Source: Octopus vulgaris
Taxonomy: Eukaryota
Assembly: GCA_951406725.2 (NCBI GenBank)
Contig: OX597819.1
Span: 126,170,001-126,234,000, forward strand
DNA length: 64,000 nt
Direction of reading: 5' to 3'
The translations under genes were made by a program, and so were the position numbers. Of the stretch, positions 13,261-25,151 are shown piece by piece. Position 1 is the first letter of the stretch. Every line of letters starts with the position of its first letter. The notes under the pieces are model-generated. The model had not been told where the DNA came from and did not search any database. It saw nothing but the letters and a program-made list of their open reading frames with translations.

Positions 13261-13505
13261 ATAAATATTAGGGAATAAATCCAAATTTACAGGGAAAAAT
13301 CAGATTTAGGATTGAATCCAATTTTATAGTAAAATATTATATAATATTAATTAGAGACAAAACCACTATTATGCAAATCAAACAAAGAAAGACTTAATCC
13401 AATACATAAAAAATTTTATATAAATTAAATAAAATTAAATTAGCCACTACAATTGTTTCGTGTCTCTTCTAAGGACATTCATCAGGTGGTTTTCAGATCT
13501 TCTAT
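13259..13505 (-). mobile_element. Family-A PLE pseudo-LTR with tail, ending at (TA)n
   Basis: Homologous to 19845-20042, 21177-21340, 23175-23415, 32042-32210 and 49231-49494; contains a hammerhead. Confidence 0.8.
13444..13489 (-). ncRNA. Minimal type I hammerhead ribozyme
   Basis: Minus strand: ccac CUGAUGA aUGUC cuuagaaga GACAc GAAAC AAUU GUA gugg. Stem I ccac/gugg; palindromic helix III ACAAUUGU. Confidence 0.85.
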
Positions 13506-13867
13506 TCAATTTTAAGTTATGCATACACACATACATACATATATATTTGGAATTTACAAAAGAAACGAACAAAAGACGAACACGGGTATGTAAACAGCAA
13601 ACAGGTTTATTAGTTTAAACGCTCCGGACTTAGGAAAATTTATATATGGAGTACTACTCATTTTAAAAATAGATATAGGGGATACAAGAATTCATTTATT
13701 CACCCCTATATAAAATATTCCACGATATTAGCATCATACATTAACCACCTCATACATTCTAACATTGAGTAACATTGAATCAACACCATAGAACACATAC
13801 TAAATCGTATAGGCTTTGCATCAAGGAATCGAGTAGCATACTATACGCTAGTAATAGAAATAAAGAC

Positions 13868-14860
13868 ATTTCCTTTATTAGGCACTCAGGCCACTAACTC
13901 AGAGGGGACACTACAAGGACAGACACAACACCACAGTGGGGACAAAAAACACAAAACGAATGAGTATGAATATTATATAATAATGAAAGATGAATGGCTG
14001 CATGGGCCCCACTCCTCATGCAGTACCATTTGAACATTTGTATACACAGTCACTATCTATTGTTTTTTCTTTCCTTAATTATCGTTTTTTTCCAAAACTT
14101 TTTCCTTTCTTTTTTCCTTCTTTTTTTGGAAAAAAAAGCAATTAATTTTACTTTTATTCCTCTTTAACGCCTCATGTAAGGCTCCAGTTCTAACAGGTCG
14201 ATTACTGGTGAACTCATTGATTACTCATTGAACTCCACCAGTGCTCCGGCTGGGTCAATTTTACTTCCGCACATGTCTCTCAGTTTCTTATAGGTTTCCC
14301 TATCCACCACAATGGCCTTCACACTCTCTGGGTACACGTCGTTTGGTAACTTTACCCTTATAATCTGCTTTAACTCTACTATTGTTTTCTCCATCTCCTC
14401 GTTCTTGGAATAGGTCACAAAATTCCATTTGTAACTCCCTCCTCTCGGCTTTCTCTTTTCTTCCTCCACTACCCTTCCTATTATAGATTCCTCTATACTC
14501 TTCTCTGAGTCTAGGACCTTCTCTTTCTTCGTCTCTGCTGTAACCAGTTTCTCCATTTCGTCCTCTTGTAGTTGAATTCCTGAGTCTTCCCTCAATTTAC
14601 CTTTCATCTTCATATTTGTTTCCTCCTTCTCTGACTCTTTTTCACACATCTTCTCAATTATTTTTCTCTTTCCTTTTCCGTCTCACTTTTATCATCTTTC
14701 TTTCTCGTTACCTCTTTCTTTTCCATCTCTTCTTTCTTCTTTTTCTGATTAGTCGGTGGTGGGCTTACCTTACCGCTCCTCCTTCTTTTTCTTTCCACTA
14801 GTGTGAATTCTTCTACCGCTGTTGTCTCATTATTCTCACCTGTTACTGTCTCTCTCTGTG
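13868..14860 (-). mobile_element. Probable LINE remnant: charged ORF1-like reading frame (14221-14860) plus a 3' UTR sharing the SINE-B tail
   Basis: Two adjacent E/K-rich ORFs separated by one stop. 13868-13924 resembles the SINE-B 3' end, including AATAAA. No catalytic motif seen. Confidence 0.4.
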
Positions 14861-15898
14861 CAAAGCATTTGAAAGAGATGGAAATCCGTTGGTGCCAAAT
14901 CAGGAGAGTACGGCGGGTGTGGCAGCACTTCCCAGCCATGCGTTTGAATAGCATTCTTGGTCATATTGGCGTTATGAGGGCGGGTGTTGTCGTGCAGCAG
15001 AAGAACTCTATGCTGCCGATTCGGTCTTTTCTCTTGAATAGCCGTATTGAGTCATTCTATCTGTTGACCATAGAGCTCTGCCTTGACCGTTTGGTTCCGT
15101 TCAAGCAATTCGTGATGGATAATCCCTTCCCAGTCGCACAATACGCACAACATCGTTTTACGCGGATGAAGATCTTGTTTCACGTGGGGTGTTGCTTGTT
15201 TACCATTCCTTACGCTGCTTCATATTCATGTACAGGCACCATTTCCGTCGCCAGTAATGATTCGGTAAAGAAATCGTTGATTGTGTCCATGAGTGACAAG
15301 CAAGCAAACCAGCGGAGATCGTGGCTCGTTGAATTTTGTTGTTGTCACTTAAAGTATGCGGAATCCATGCTCCATACTTCTCAAGCTTTCCCATCAAGTG
15401 AAGATGCTTTTCTATAGCAATGTGGGAACATTCCATTTTCTCTACCAGTTTCCTTGTCATTTGATAAGAATTTTCGTGCAAAAGTTGGTTTAATCACTCT
15501 TCATCGAACTCAACTAGATGGCCAGAACGTGATGTGTCTTTAAGGTTAAAATTTCCATTTTTGAACCTGGCATACCAATCACGAGCGGTTCTTTCAGCTA
15601 TGGCACTCCCTCCATACACAGCACAAATGTGGTGAGCAGCTTTTGTGGCCTTAGAACCTTGATTAAAAACAAAAAGAAGGAGGTATCGAAAATGCTCGTT
15701 TTTCTTAACTTGACATTCCATTTTAATGATCTGAAAATAAACAAAAATTAAATAAAATTAACTAGAAAAAAAAACACAACAAAATAGATTTCAAAATAAT
15801 TCAAAAATAGAATTCTCGAAAAAAAAAAATTCCAAAATTTAAAAACGCAATAAATTCGAGATTAAAAAAAAAGGCGGGAACTTAGTTGCCAACCAAAT
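14861..15898 (-). mobile_element. Mariner transposon, 3'-truncated, with frameshifted transposase (ATG at 15721)
   Basis: MECQVKKNEHFRYLLLF..ICAVYG..WYARFKNGNF..RSG, WIPHTL, KWCLY, HPPYSPDLAPTDFHLF. 5' TIR tttggttggcaactaagttcccgcc at 15873-15898 resembles mellifera-subfamily TIRs. Confidence 0.92.
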
Positions 15899-15907
15899 AC
15901 ATACATA

Positions 15908-15947
<40 letters not shown>

Positions 15948-16065
15948 TGAAAGAAGGCCACGGATGACCCATTTTTTTTGCCTGTCCTTCTAATAGTTGC
16001 TCTTGTCCACCTTTGTATCGTCTGACTGTCCGAACGCTTTAATGATCTCGATTGCATTTTGTTCC

Positions 16066-16114
<49 letters not shown>

Positions 16115-16286
16115 TTCTATATATATATATATTAATAGTTATCACCAAGCTAATATGGCAGTGCAGAAATATAGGACGAATGCTGCCGTTGATCAGCTCC
16201 AAGAGGCCATCGCCTCTAGCTAGCTGTGTGACACACGAACCTGTGTCCATTATAACCTTCGAACATGGGATATATATCTATATCTA

Positions 16287-16373
<87 letters not shown>

Positions 16374-16386
16374 CGGCGTAATAGAG

Positions 16387-16489
16387 GTAATGCAGTACGA
16401 TCGTTTCATGCAACTCCATTTAATTGAACAATGCAATCATTGCATTGTTCAATTAAATGGAGTTGCATGAAACGATCGTACTGCATTAC
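16387..16489. repeat. Perfect 51-bp-arm palindrome with 1-nt loop, inside a (TA)n-flanked unit (16373-16598)
   Basis: gtaatgcagtacgatcgtttc...c...gaaacgatcgtactgcattac. Confidence 0.95.
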
Positions 16490-16848
16490 TCCTGGGTATC
16501 CTTGTTGCTTATTTTGATTTTAATCACCTTACTTTGATATGGATAATACCGTACTAATTCAGCAAAACTTTACATTCAGATGAATATGGTACTTCAGTAT
16601 ATATATATATATATATATAAAATGCACATTAAGTACAGGAAATCACCAACGTAAGCAAACGAGAGACAAGTACCGGACAAAATACCAAAAAAAAAAACAA
16701 TAAAAGCAGAACATCATGAAGAATTGGTGCCGTATGTGTTTTCTGTTTGCCTCTGTGTGTGTATGTGGAAATTCGTTAGTGCAAAATCAGGAGACTATAT
16801 ACATACATATATATATATATATATATATGAAGTGGCAATTAACTTTAC

Positions 16849-16949
<101 letters not shown>

Positions 16950-17019
16950 TAAATGAAAGAATGGAGTGCAGTCATCTAAAAGTTTTTGTTCATCATGATG
17001 CTGACATAAGTTCCTTGGC

Positions 17020-17100
17020 TTTCCTGATGAGAAGGCGGCATAATGCACCCCTTATTCCTTCGAAATTAGGAATATGCAGTCTTCGAAACATATGTCGAGA
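17020..17100 (+). ncRNA. Type I hammerhead ribozyme with long helix II, in (TA)n-flanked fold-back unit 16951-17300
   Basis: uuuc CUGAUGA gaaggcggcaua ... uaugcagucuuc GAAAC AUAU GUC gaga. Helix II pairs 11/12; helix III is the palindrome ACAUAUGU. 17-bp inverted repeat at 16951-16967 and 17130-17146. Confidence 0.85.
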
Positions 17101-17305
17101 ATAAAGGAATTTTGTTAAATCGTCGTTCAACTCCATTCTTTCATTTATTTGTATTAAAAAAACACACAAATTTCCACACGAAAGCACGTGATCTCTGTCC
17201 TTGGCATGTAGCTTCAACCGTGTTTTTCTGACGTGAATTTGCTACCCGGGTATCGGTTAACCGAATTATCCATACTAGGATAATTCATTCAACTACTTAA
17301 ATATA

Positions 17306-17380
<75 letters not shown>

Positions 17381-17394
17381 CATATATATTGTGA

Positions 17395-18040
17395 GTGAGA
17401 AAATGACAAGGTCCCATGAGTCTATGAAACTTTATGTTTTAAGAGGTCGAATCAAGAAATGGGGGCAGTTTTACACTGGAAATTATGCCAGAAATAGGGA
17501 TTTTAAACTGGAAACACTTGGTACAATCATCGAGTCGAAAAAGTACTAGACTCAGAGAAATGTCAGTTTTTGTGGGACTTTCCAATTCAAATGGACAAGA
17601 AATTAGAAAACAATGGATCAGGTATTACAATCATAAATAGGGTAAAGCGAAGTTGCTTATCGACCCATCATGCGCGTTTGACTCTATAATCGTGAAGAAA
17701 GAAGAAGAAAAATATATCTAGAATCCCCTAAACTTTGGGGAAGGAAGAATTGGGATCATGCGAACAGTAAATGTCGTGTCTATAACTGGTGCGCTGGGAA
17801 CAGTAAACCAAGTTATAGAAAAACGTCTGAGGGAGATTGAAATTGAATATTCGGTAGAGCACCTACTGAAAGTTTGTCTCTTAGGGACAGCAAGGATTAT
17901 CAGGAGGGTTCTAAGCACGTGAAAGACTGTTGAAAATTTGTAATTACCTAAGGTTACAGATAGTAGTCCGCTATTCACATAATCCCTACTACGAATGAGA
18001 CCGGACCTGAAAAAAACAAAAACAAAAATACTAATAAAAA
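17395..18040 (+). pseudogene. 3' end of an R4/Dong-clade non-LTR retrotransposon (REL endonuclease), 5'-truncated at (TA)n
   Basis: Manual translation gives LHWKLCQK, WYNHRVEKVLDSEKCQFLWDFPIQMDKKLENN, IDPSC, KEEEK, ITGALGTV and LLKVCLLGTARIIRRVLST*, with the stop at 17922. Confidence 0.85.
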
Positions 18041-18059
18041 TATACACATTATATTAATC

Positions 18060-18372
18060 GCTTCAAATTTTGCCGCAAGGGCAGCCATTTTTGAGGAGGA
18101 GATGTGTCAATTACATCGACCCCAATGTTTCACTGGTACTTAATTTATCGACTCCGGAAGGATGTAAAGGCTAAGTCGACATCGGCGGAATTTGAACGAA
18201 ACACACACACACATACCACACGAACACACAAATATATATATACGACAGGCTTCTTTTAGTTTCCGTCCACCAAATCTTACTCACAACGCTTTGCTCGGAC
18301 CGAGGCTATAGCAGAAGACACTTGCCCCAGCTGCGACGGAGAGGGTCTGGATCCAGAGACATGGGGTTGGGA
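18060..18372 (-). mobile_element. SINE-B fragment (18060-18198) joined to a SINE-A 5' half (18215-18372)
   Basis: Family motifs. Confidence 0.8.
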
Positions 18373-18619
18373 AATATATATATTATCGTTATTATTATTA
18401 TTTTTCATGATTTTTCATGAACTAACACTGAATTACCCGAACACTTAAAAGAACCACTCGAGGAAAACGCCTCGGGACGCCTGCTGAATAAAATCTGAAG
18501 ATTGAAGTTTATGCTGACATACATGATGTAGAAAAGCGAGAAAAGGTAATTTAAAATTACGCTTATAGTGATGAGAAGCAATTATTGGTCGTGAAAGTTA
18601 TGCGAATATGTGTATATGT

Positions 18620-18686
<67 letters not shown>

Positions 18687-18688
<2 letters not shown>

Positions 18689-18857
18689 CGCAGGAGTGGC
18701 TCTGTGGTAAGTAGCTTGCTTACCAACCATATGGTTCCGAGTTCAGTCCCACTGCGTGGCATCTTGGGCAGGTGTCTTCTGCTATTGCCTCGGGCCGACC
18801 AAAGCCTTGTGAGTGGATTTGGTAGACGGAAACTGAAAGAAGCCTGTCGTATATATG

Positions 18858-18899
<42 letters not shown>

Positions 18900-19123
18900 G
18901 TGTGTGTGTTTGTGTGTCTGTGTTTGTCTCCCTAGCATTGCTTGACAACCGATGCTGGTGTGTCTACGTCCCCGTCACTTAGCGGTTCGGCAAAAAAGAG
19001 ACCGATAGAATAAGTACTAGGCTTACAAAGAATAAGTCCTGGGGTCGATTTGCCCGACTAAAAGTGGTGCTCCAGCATGGCCGCAGTCAAATGATTGAAA
19101 CAAGTAAAAGAGTAGAGTAAAGA

Positions 19124-19125
<2 letters not shown>
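18687..19125 (+). mobile_element. SINE-A, full length, flanked by (TA)n
   Basis: ggcgcaggagtggc head through aagagta tail. Confidence 0.93.
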
Positions 19126-19159
<34 letters not shown>

Positions 19160-19167
<8 letters not shown>

Positions 19168-19300
19168 TCAGCCGAAATTGCGATGATGATCCAGTTCCTC
19201 ACTGATGACTGAGGGCTTCGAATGTCCCGTCCTGTGGTTCTTGTGTCGTCTTCTAGGTGTTTCACGTTCTTGTCCCAGTTTGTATATATTTTTTACTTTT

Positions 19301-19305
<5 letters not shown>
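19160..19305 (+). repeat. (TA)n-flanked dispersed repeat; also at 33139-33270 (+) and about 29200-29325 (-)
   Basis: Shared taatcagccgaaattgc...gaatgtcccg...cgttcttgtcccagtttgtat. Confidence 0.75.
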
Positions 19306-19339
<34 letters not shown>

Positions 19340-19671
19340 GAGTAGGTTTAGAGTTAGTGTGATAAGTTTAATGAAACAAAAACAAAGAAGCGGATACCAG
19401 TGGTGAATAGAAAGACAGAAAGATAGATGGGAAGAAGAAGAAGGGATAGACAAAGTTAGGGAGAAGGAGACGGAGGTGTAACCAGCAGAAAGAGATACAG
19501 AACCGAAGACACAAAGAAAGAAAAAGTAAAAGGAGAGAAATGAGAGACGAAAAAGCGATAAAATAAAGGGCCAGGAAGATGGACTGGTGAAACACTAAAT
19601 ATCAAACGGCAGGTAGGATACATGGGTATACGTGAATAGAGAAATGTATATACGTATGTATATGCGTATGC

Positions 19672-19717
<46 letters not shown>

Positions 19718-19844
19718 TAAATTAAAATAAATAAATAAATAAATAAATTAATTAATTAATAAATAAAATAATATATAAATATAAAAATATACATACATAC
19801 ACATATATATATATTTGTATATATATATAAAATTTATAAGTTTA

Positions 19845-20039
19845 AATTATTTAAATAATTTTTTATTTTTAACTTTTATATTTTAAATTAATTTTATGTA
19901 TTGGCTTATGTTTTTCACTGTTTGATTTGCCTAATAGTGGTTTTATCTCTAATTTAATATAATATTATATATTTATACTATAAAATTGGATTTAATCCTA
20001 AATCTCATTTTTCCCTGTAAGTTTGGATTTATTCACTAA

Positions 20040-20042
<3 letters not shown>
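19845..20042 (+). mobile_element. Family-A pseudo-LTR fragment (hammerhead absent)
   Basis: taatagtggttttatctctaat...tggatttaatcctaaatct...ggatttattc. Confidence 0.8.
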
Positions 20043-20121
<79 letters not shown>

Positions 20122-20124
<3 letters not shown>

Positions 20125-20501
20125 ATATAAACGGCAGTTTGTCTGTGCGTGTTTCTGTGTGTCTGTTTGCTTGTACCCTCACCCTGACCACGGCTTTCAA
20201 CCGATTCTGATGAAACTTGACACACACATAGCCCAATGTCATAATTCAAAACTAACGCAGCGAAAATTTTGAAAAGTTCCCCCAGTTCTGAAAAAGAACG
20301 ATAAATTCGACATGGGGTCGAGAATCAGGAATACGAACCACAAACTGTCTAGGGGACGCAACTCCACCTTTTCTAAATCTCAAAAAAAAAATTACCATCA
20401 TTTTTTTCCATTTTTTTGCTATTTTTTTGGCTATAACTCTCTAAAAATGCTATATAGTTATTTCCCTTACAAACCTGAGCAACGCCGGGCGATACTGCTA
20501 G
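20122..20501 (+). mobile_element. Non-autonomous Helitron
   Basis: 5' TCTATATAA, 3' GC-rich hairpin cctgagcaacgccggg followed by CTAG, inserted between A and T. Second copy at 52148. Confidence 0.85.
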
Positions 20502-20932
20502 TATATATATATGTCTGTATGCATGTATGTTTGCAATCACACCATATACAGACATAATTTATGGTAAATCTTCGATATTCTCATTATGTGGTGTGTATGT
20601 GTGTGTGTTCTTTCTTTTATTCTTTTTTGTTTGTTTCAGTCATTTGACTGCAGCCAAGCTGGAGCACCGCCTTTTATACAAGTTCATTTAAAATTTTTCC
20701 TGTTTGTTCAGTTCCCATAAACTTACTGTATTGACTAAGCTATAGAGTCGTCGAGTTGTGCACTCTCACTCAGTCAGTGGGTTAAATATTTCGCGCACTC
20801 ACACAGAGACACAAACACACACATTTATGTATGTATACACACACATACACACACACAATGTATGGAGAAAGTATGATCAACGAACGACCAATGTGTATAC
20901 ATATATGCCTGTGTGCATCTCTATCTGTGTGC

Positions 20933-20977
<45 letters not shown>

Positions 20978-21151
20978 TCTGTAAAATAATATGTTACAAT
21001 TACTCAAAAGTCAAGATAAAACTCTGACTTTCAGATGCCGAAGTGGAAATACCCAACACCATCTCTTCGTTTATCTGGCCATCTGAAAAAATTCCTCTAT
21101 TTACACAATATTGAGGTCTCTTTCTTTCTTTTGTTATCTTACCGTTTTTAC

Positions 21152-21186
<35 letters not shown>

Positions 21187-21273
21187 TATTAGAGACAAAA
21201 CCACTATTTTGCAAAACAAACAAGGAAAGACTTAATCAATACATAAAATTTTAATAAATAGTAAAAAAAACCG

Positions 21274-21316
21274 CCACTACAATCGTTTCTTGTCTTGATC
21301 GACAATCTTCAGGTGG
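21274..21316 (-). ncRNA. Minimal type I hammerhead ribozyme (left arm)
   Basis: Reverse complement of 23196-23238. Confidence 0.88.
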
Positions 21317-21577
21317 ACTTCAATAAGAACATACTTATCATCAACATCATCATCATTTAACATCCGCTTTCCATGCTGGCATGGGTTGGATGGTTTGGCA
21401 GAAGCTGGCAAGTTGGAGAACTGCATCAGGTTGTTCCTGTTGGCATGGTTTACAGAAACATTGGACATTCTTCATAATGCCTATCACTTTACAGTGTGTA
21501 GTGGATGCTTTATATGTGGCACCAGCATGGGTGCTTTTGATGTAAATCAATAACATAACTGAAATTAATTTGACTGT

Positions 21578-21619
<42 letters not shown>

Positions 21620-22896
21620 TGGACACATTTTCATTCTGTAATGTGAACGTTTTTAGTTGGATGCAACTCTGTTGAAGAATGTGGAGGCAGCGTATAGATT
21701 TGAACTCAGAGCCCGGAGAATCGGAACATGTGTCGTAATATATTCTATGGAATGTCCCAACAAGACAGCCGATGTGTAATAGAGGCGCCGTTGTTGATTG
21801 AAGAGCACTTATAATGCAAATTAAATTTTTAAAAAAAGTGAAAGCGGATAGACGGAACATAAACCAACAGTTTGCAATTTATATTGTTTGTATTTCCATA
21901 TTGTGGGTATAAAAACCTTTATCAAGAGAAAATGGATGATGGGGATGAAATGATATATTTTACTCACATATATATGAAGCGTCTGCGATATGAACTGAGT
22001 CATATATCATATATAACCAATCCAGTTTATATAACTCGCGTCTGTTGTCAATATATGGATTCAGATTAATAATAAGGATAATCTCCTTAATCCCGAAATT
22101 ACGTTTCCTTTTCAAGTTTCGTGGTAACAGCGATGATATCGGTAAGGTATTTCCTCAAGTGTTTCTTTACTGACGTGATAGAAGCTGGACTTGATAGAAG
22201 CTGGACGTGTTTTTCGCTGCTCTGACCAACCCAGCGAGACAACGGAAAAACTGGAAGATCTACTGTTTTCTGTTTAATAATTTCGAAAAGTGGAGTGTGG
22301 GGTTTCCTTAATATTAAAGAAGAGACAAGTCCGCACAAATACATCAGTAAAGAAACACTTGAGGAAATACCTTACCGATATCATCGCTGTTACCACGAAA
22401 CTTGAAAAGGAAACGTAATTTCGGGATTAAGGAGATTATCCTTATTATTAATCTGAATCCATATATTGACAACAGACGCGAGTTATATAAACTGGATTGG
22501 TTATATATGATATATGACTCAGTTCATATCGCAGACGCTTCATATATATGTGAGTAAAATATATCATTTCATCCCCATCATCCATTTTCTCTTGATAAAG
22601 GTTTTTATACCCACAATATGGAAATACAAACAATATAAATTGCAAACTGTTGGTTTATGTTCCGTCTATCCGCTTTCACTTTTTTAAAAATTTAATTTGC
22701 ATTATAAGTGCTCTTCAATCAACAACGGCGCCTCTATTACACATCGGCTGTCTTGTTGGGACATTCCATAGAATATATTACGACACATGTTCCGATTCTC
22801 CGGGCTCTGAGTTCAAATCTATACGCTGCCTCCACATTCTTCAACAGAGTTGCATCCAACTAAAAACGTTCACATTACAGAATGAAAATGTGTCCA

Positions 22897-22934
<38 letters not shown>

Positions 22935-23195
22935 ACAGTCAAATTAATTTCAGTTATGTTATTGATTTACATCAAAAGCACCCATGCTGGTGCCACATAT
23001 AAAGCATCCACTACACACTGTAAAGTGATAGGCATTATGAAGAATGTCCAATGTTTCTGTAAACCATGCCAACAGGAACAACCTGATGCAGTTCTCCAAC
23101 TTGCCAGCTTCTGCCAAACCATCCAACCCATGCCAGCATGGAAAGCGGATGTTAAATGATGATGATGATGATGATAAGTATGTTCTTATTGAAGT

Positions 23196-23238
23196 CCACC
23201 TGAAGATTGTCGATCAAGACAAGAAACGATTGTAGTGG
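23196..23238 (+). ncRNA. Minimal type I hammerhead ribozyme (right arm)
   Basis: ccac CUGAAGA uuguc gaucaa gacaa GAAAC GAUU GUA gugg. Full core and perfect helices I and II. Confidence 0.88.
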
Positions 23239-23415
23239 CGGTTTTTTTGACTATTTATTAAAATTTTATGTATTGATTAAGTCTTTCCTTGTTTGTTTTG
23301 CAAAATAGTGGTTTTGTCTCTAATAATATTTTATAATATTTTACTATAAAATTGGATTTAATCCTAAATCTGATTTTTTTTCCCTGTAATTTTGGATTTA
23401 TTCCCTAATATTTAT

Positions 23416-23494
<79 letters not shown>

Positions 23495-23948
23495 CATACA
23501 TACATACATACATACATACATACATACATACATACATACATACATACACATATATATATGGGTTCGTGTGTAAGTATAATAGATGCATAAAATTGTCTGT
23601 ATGTTATGTACCTACATATACATAAAATCATACGGCCATATATAGGTTAATATAATCGACAAGCATACAATGAACAGCATCTACTGCACACATGTTGATA
23701 TCCCTACCTGGCTGTCTGTATATCTGTCTGTCTGTATATCTGTCTGTCTATTTGTCTGCATGTATGTATTATGTGTGAGTCTGTTCCTCTGTAAATGAAT
23801 GTATTTGTAAGCCTGTCGGTGTATCTTGTGTTCTCTTATTGTATATCCCCCAACAAGTAGTGAAGCTACCACAGGTAACTACCCTCCTGTGAGAGAGTTT
23901 ATGTGTGTGTGTGTATCGTTTTATGACATATATATGTATATATATATA

Positions 23949-23989
<41 letters not shown>

Positions 23990-25118
23990 GAGTAACGTAG
24001 GAGAGAGGAGTGACAGGTAGTATATGAAGTATTTCAGAGATTGTTAAAGAGAAAAAGAAAAATAAACATACGAGTAGGAGGAGAGAAGAGGAACAAGAAA
24101 AGAGGGTAAGATAGAGTAGACAGAGTAGTAGAGAAGGTACATGTGTAGGAGCGAGAGAAAGTGAGAGAGTGAGAGAGAGAGAGAAATAGGGGGGGAAAGG
24201 GGGAGAAGTAGTTTGGAAGAAAAAAAGAGAAAAAGAACCTGTTAGTCACAAATAGAAATCCTAGACATAGAAACTTCCATGAGAAAGAGGGAGAAAAGGA
24301 GAGTGAGAGAAAGAAAGAGAGAGAGAGAGAGAGGGAAACAGAAAACGAGAGAGAGAGAGAGAGAGAGAGAGCAATCAGTTACAATTATTGTTGTTGTTGT
24401 TTAGTCCCAGGTCAATTCTGATCGTGTTGACCTATGATCAAACATATTGCTAACCGTGACCATGCCGTTTTTCTAGGACTTTCCTTATTTAGGGTTTGAT
24501 TTCAGAGTAGATTTAGCTGCTGTTTTGGTGATCGAGTGCCTGGTAGGGCGCTCGTTAGCTCAGTGTTGTAGAGCATTAGTTGGGAGAGCAAAAGAGATCG
24601 GGAGTGGGTATTAGAAAGAGGCTGTCGAATGATATGCCGAAGCCTTAGACAGTGAATGTATGAAGAGTAAGTAGAGAAAGGGTAAGAGGAAGAGCTAGGG
24701 TTGGAGAAATGGGTGAAGTTAAGTAATAGGCTGAAACTTTAGAGAGTTAGTGAATAAGAGTGGGAGGGAGAGAGAGAGAAAAGGAGAGAGGGAGAAAAGG
24801 AGAGAGGGAGAAAAGGAGAGAGAGAGTAAGATTTGGTAATGGGGTAGAGAGAAGCTATTGGGGTAAAGAACAGTAGCAAAATGGGTGAGAGAGAGAATGA
24901 TTGAGAGAGTGAATGAGAGGGAAAAATAAGATAGTGTGTGATTACACGTGTTTGTGTGTATGTATATGTATGTGGGTCTTCATGCGTTTTGTGTGTATGT
25001 GTATATGTGTGTATGTGTATTTGTGTCAGAACAAGATAAGGGTAGTTAGGTGATAGGTAGAAACCAGAGCTTTAGTAAATAAGAGGTGGAGACAGAGTGA
25101 GGGAAGACAAAACTAGAA

Positions 25119-25151
<33 letters not shown>

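Larger units (their letters stand above)
21177..23334. repeat. Near-perfect inverted duplication: arms of about 1 kb (21177-22173 and 22344-23334), 170-bp spacer
   Basis: Mirror ORFs 21872-22069(+) and 22448-22645(-) are identical. Arms differ only by a (CA)n length change and a few substitutions. Confidence 0.97.

Noticed and set aside
14803-15417. 204-aa plus-strand ORF
   Set aside because: Antisense shadow of the mariner transposase.
20205-20220. ctgatgaaac in the Helitron (also about 52232)
   Set aside because: CUGAUGA overlaps GAAAC with no room for helix II, so it is not a hammerhead.
21872-22645. Two identical 65-aa ORFs on opposite strands
   Set aside because: A consequence of the inverted duplication; no coding signal.
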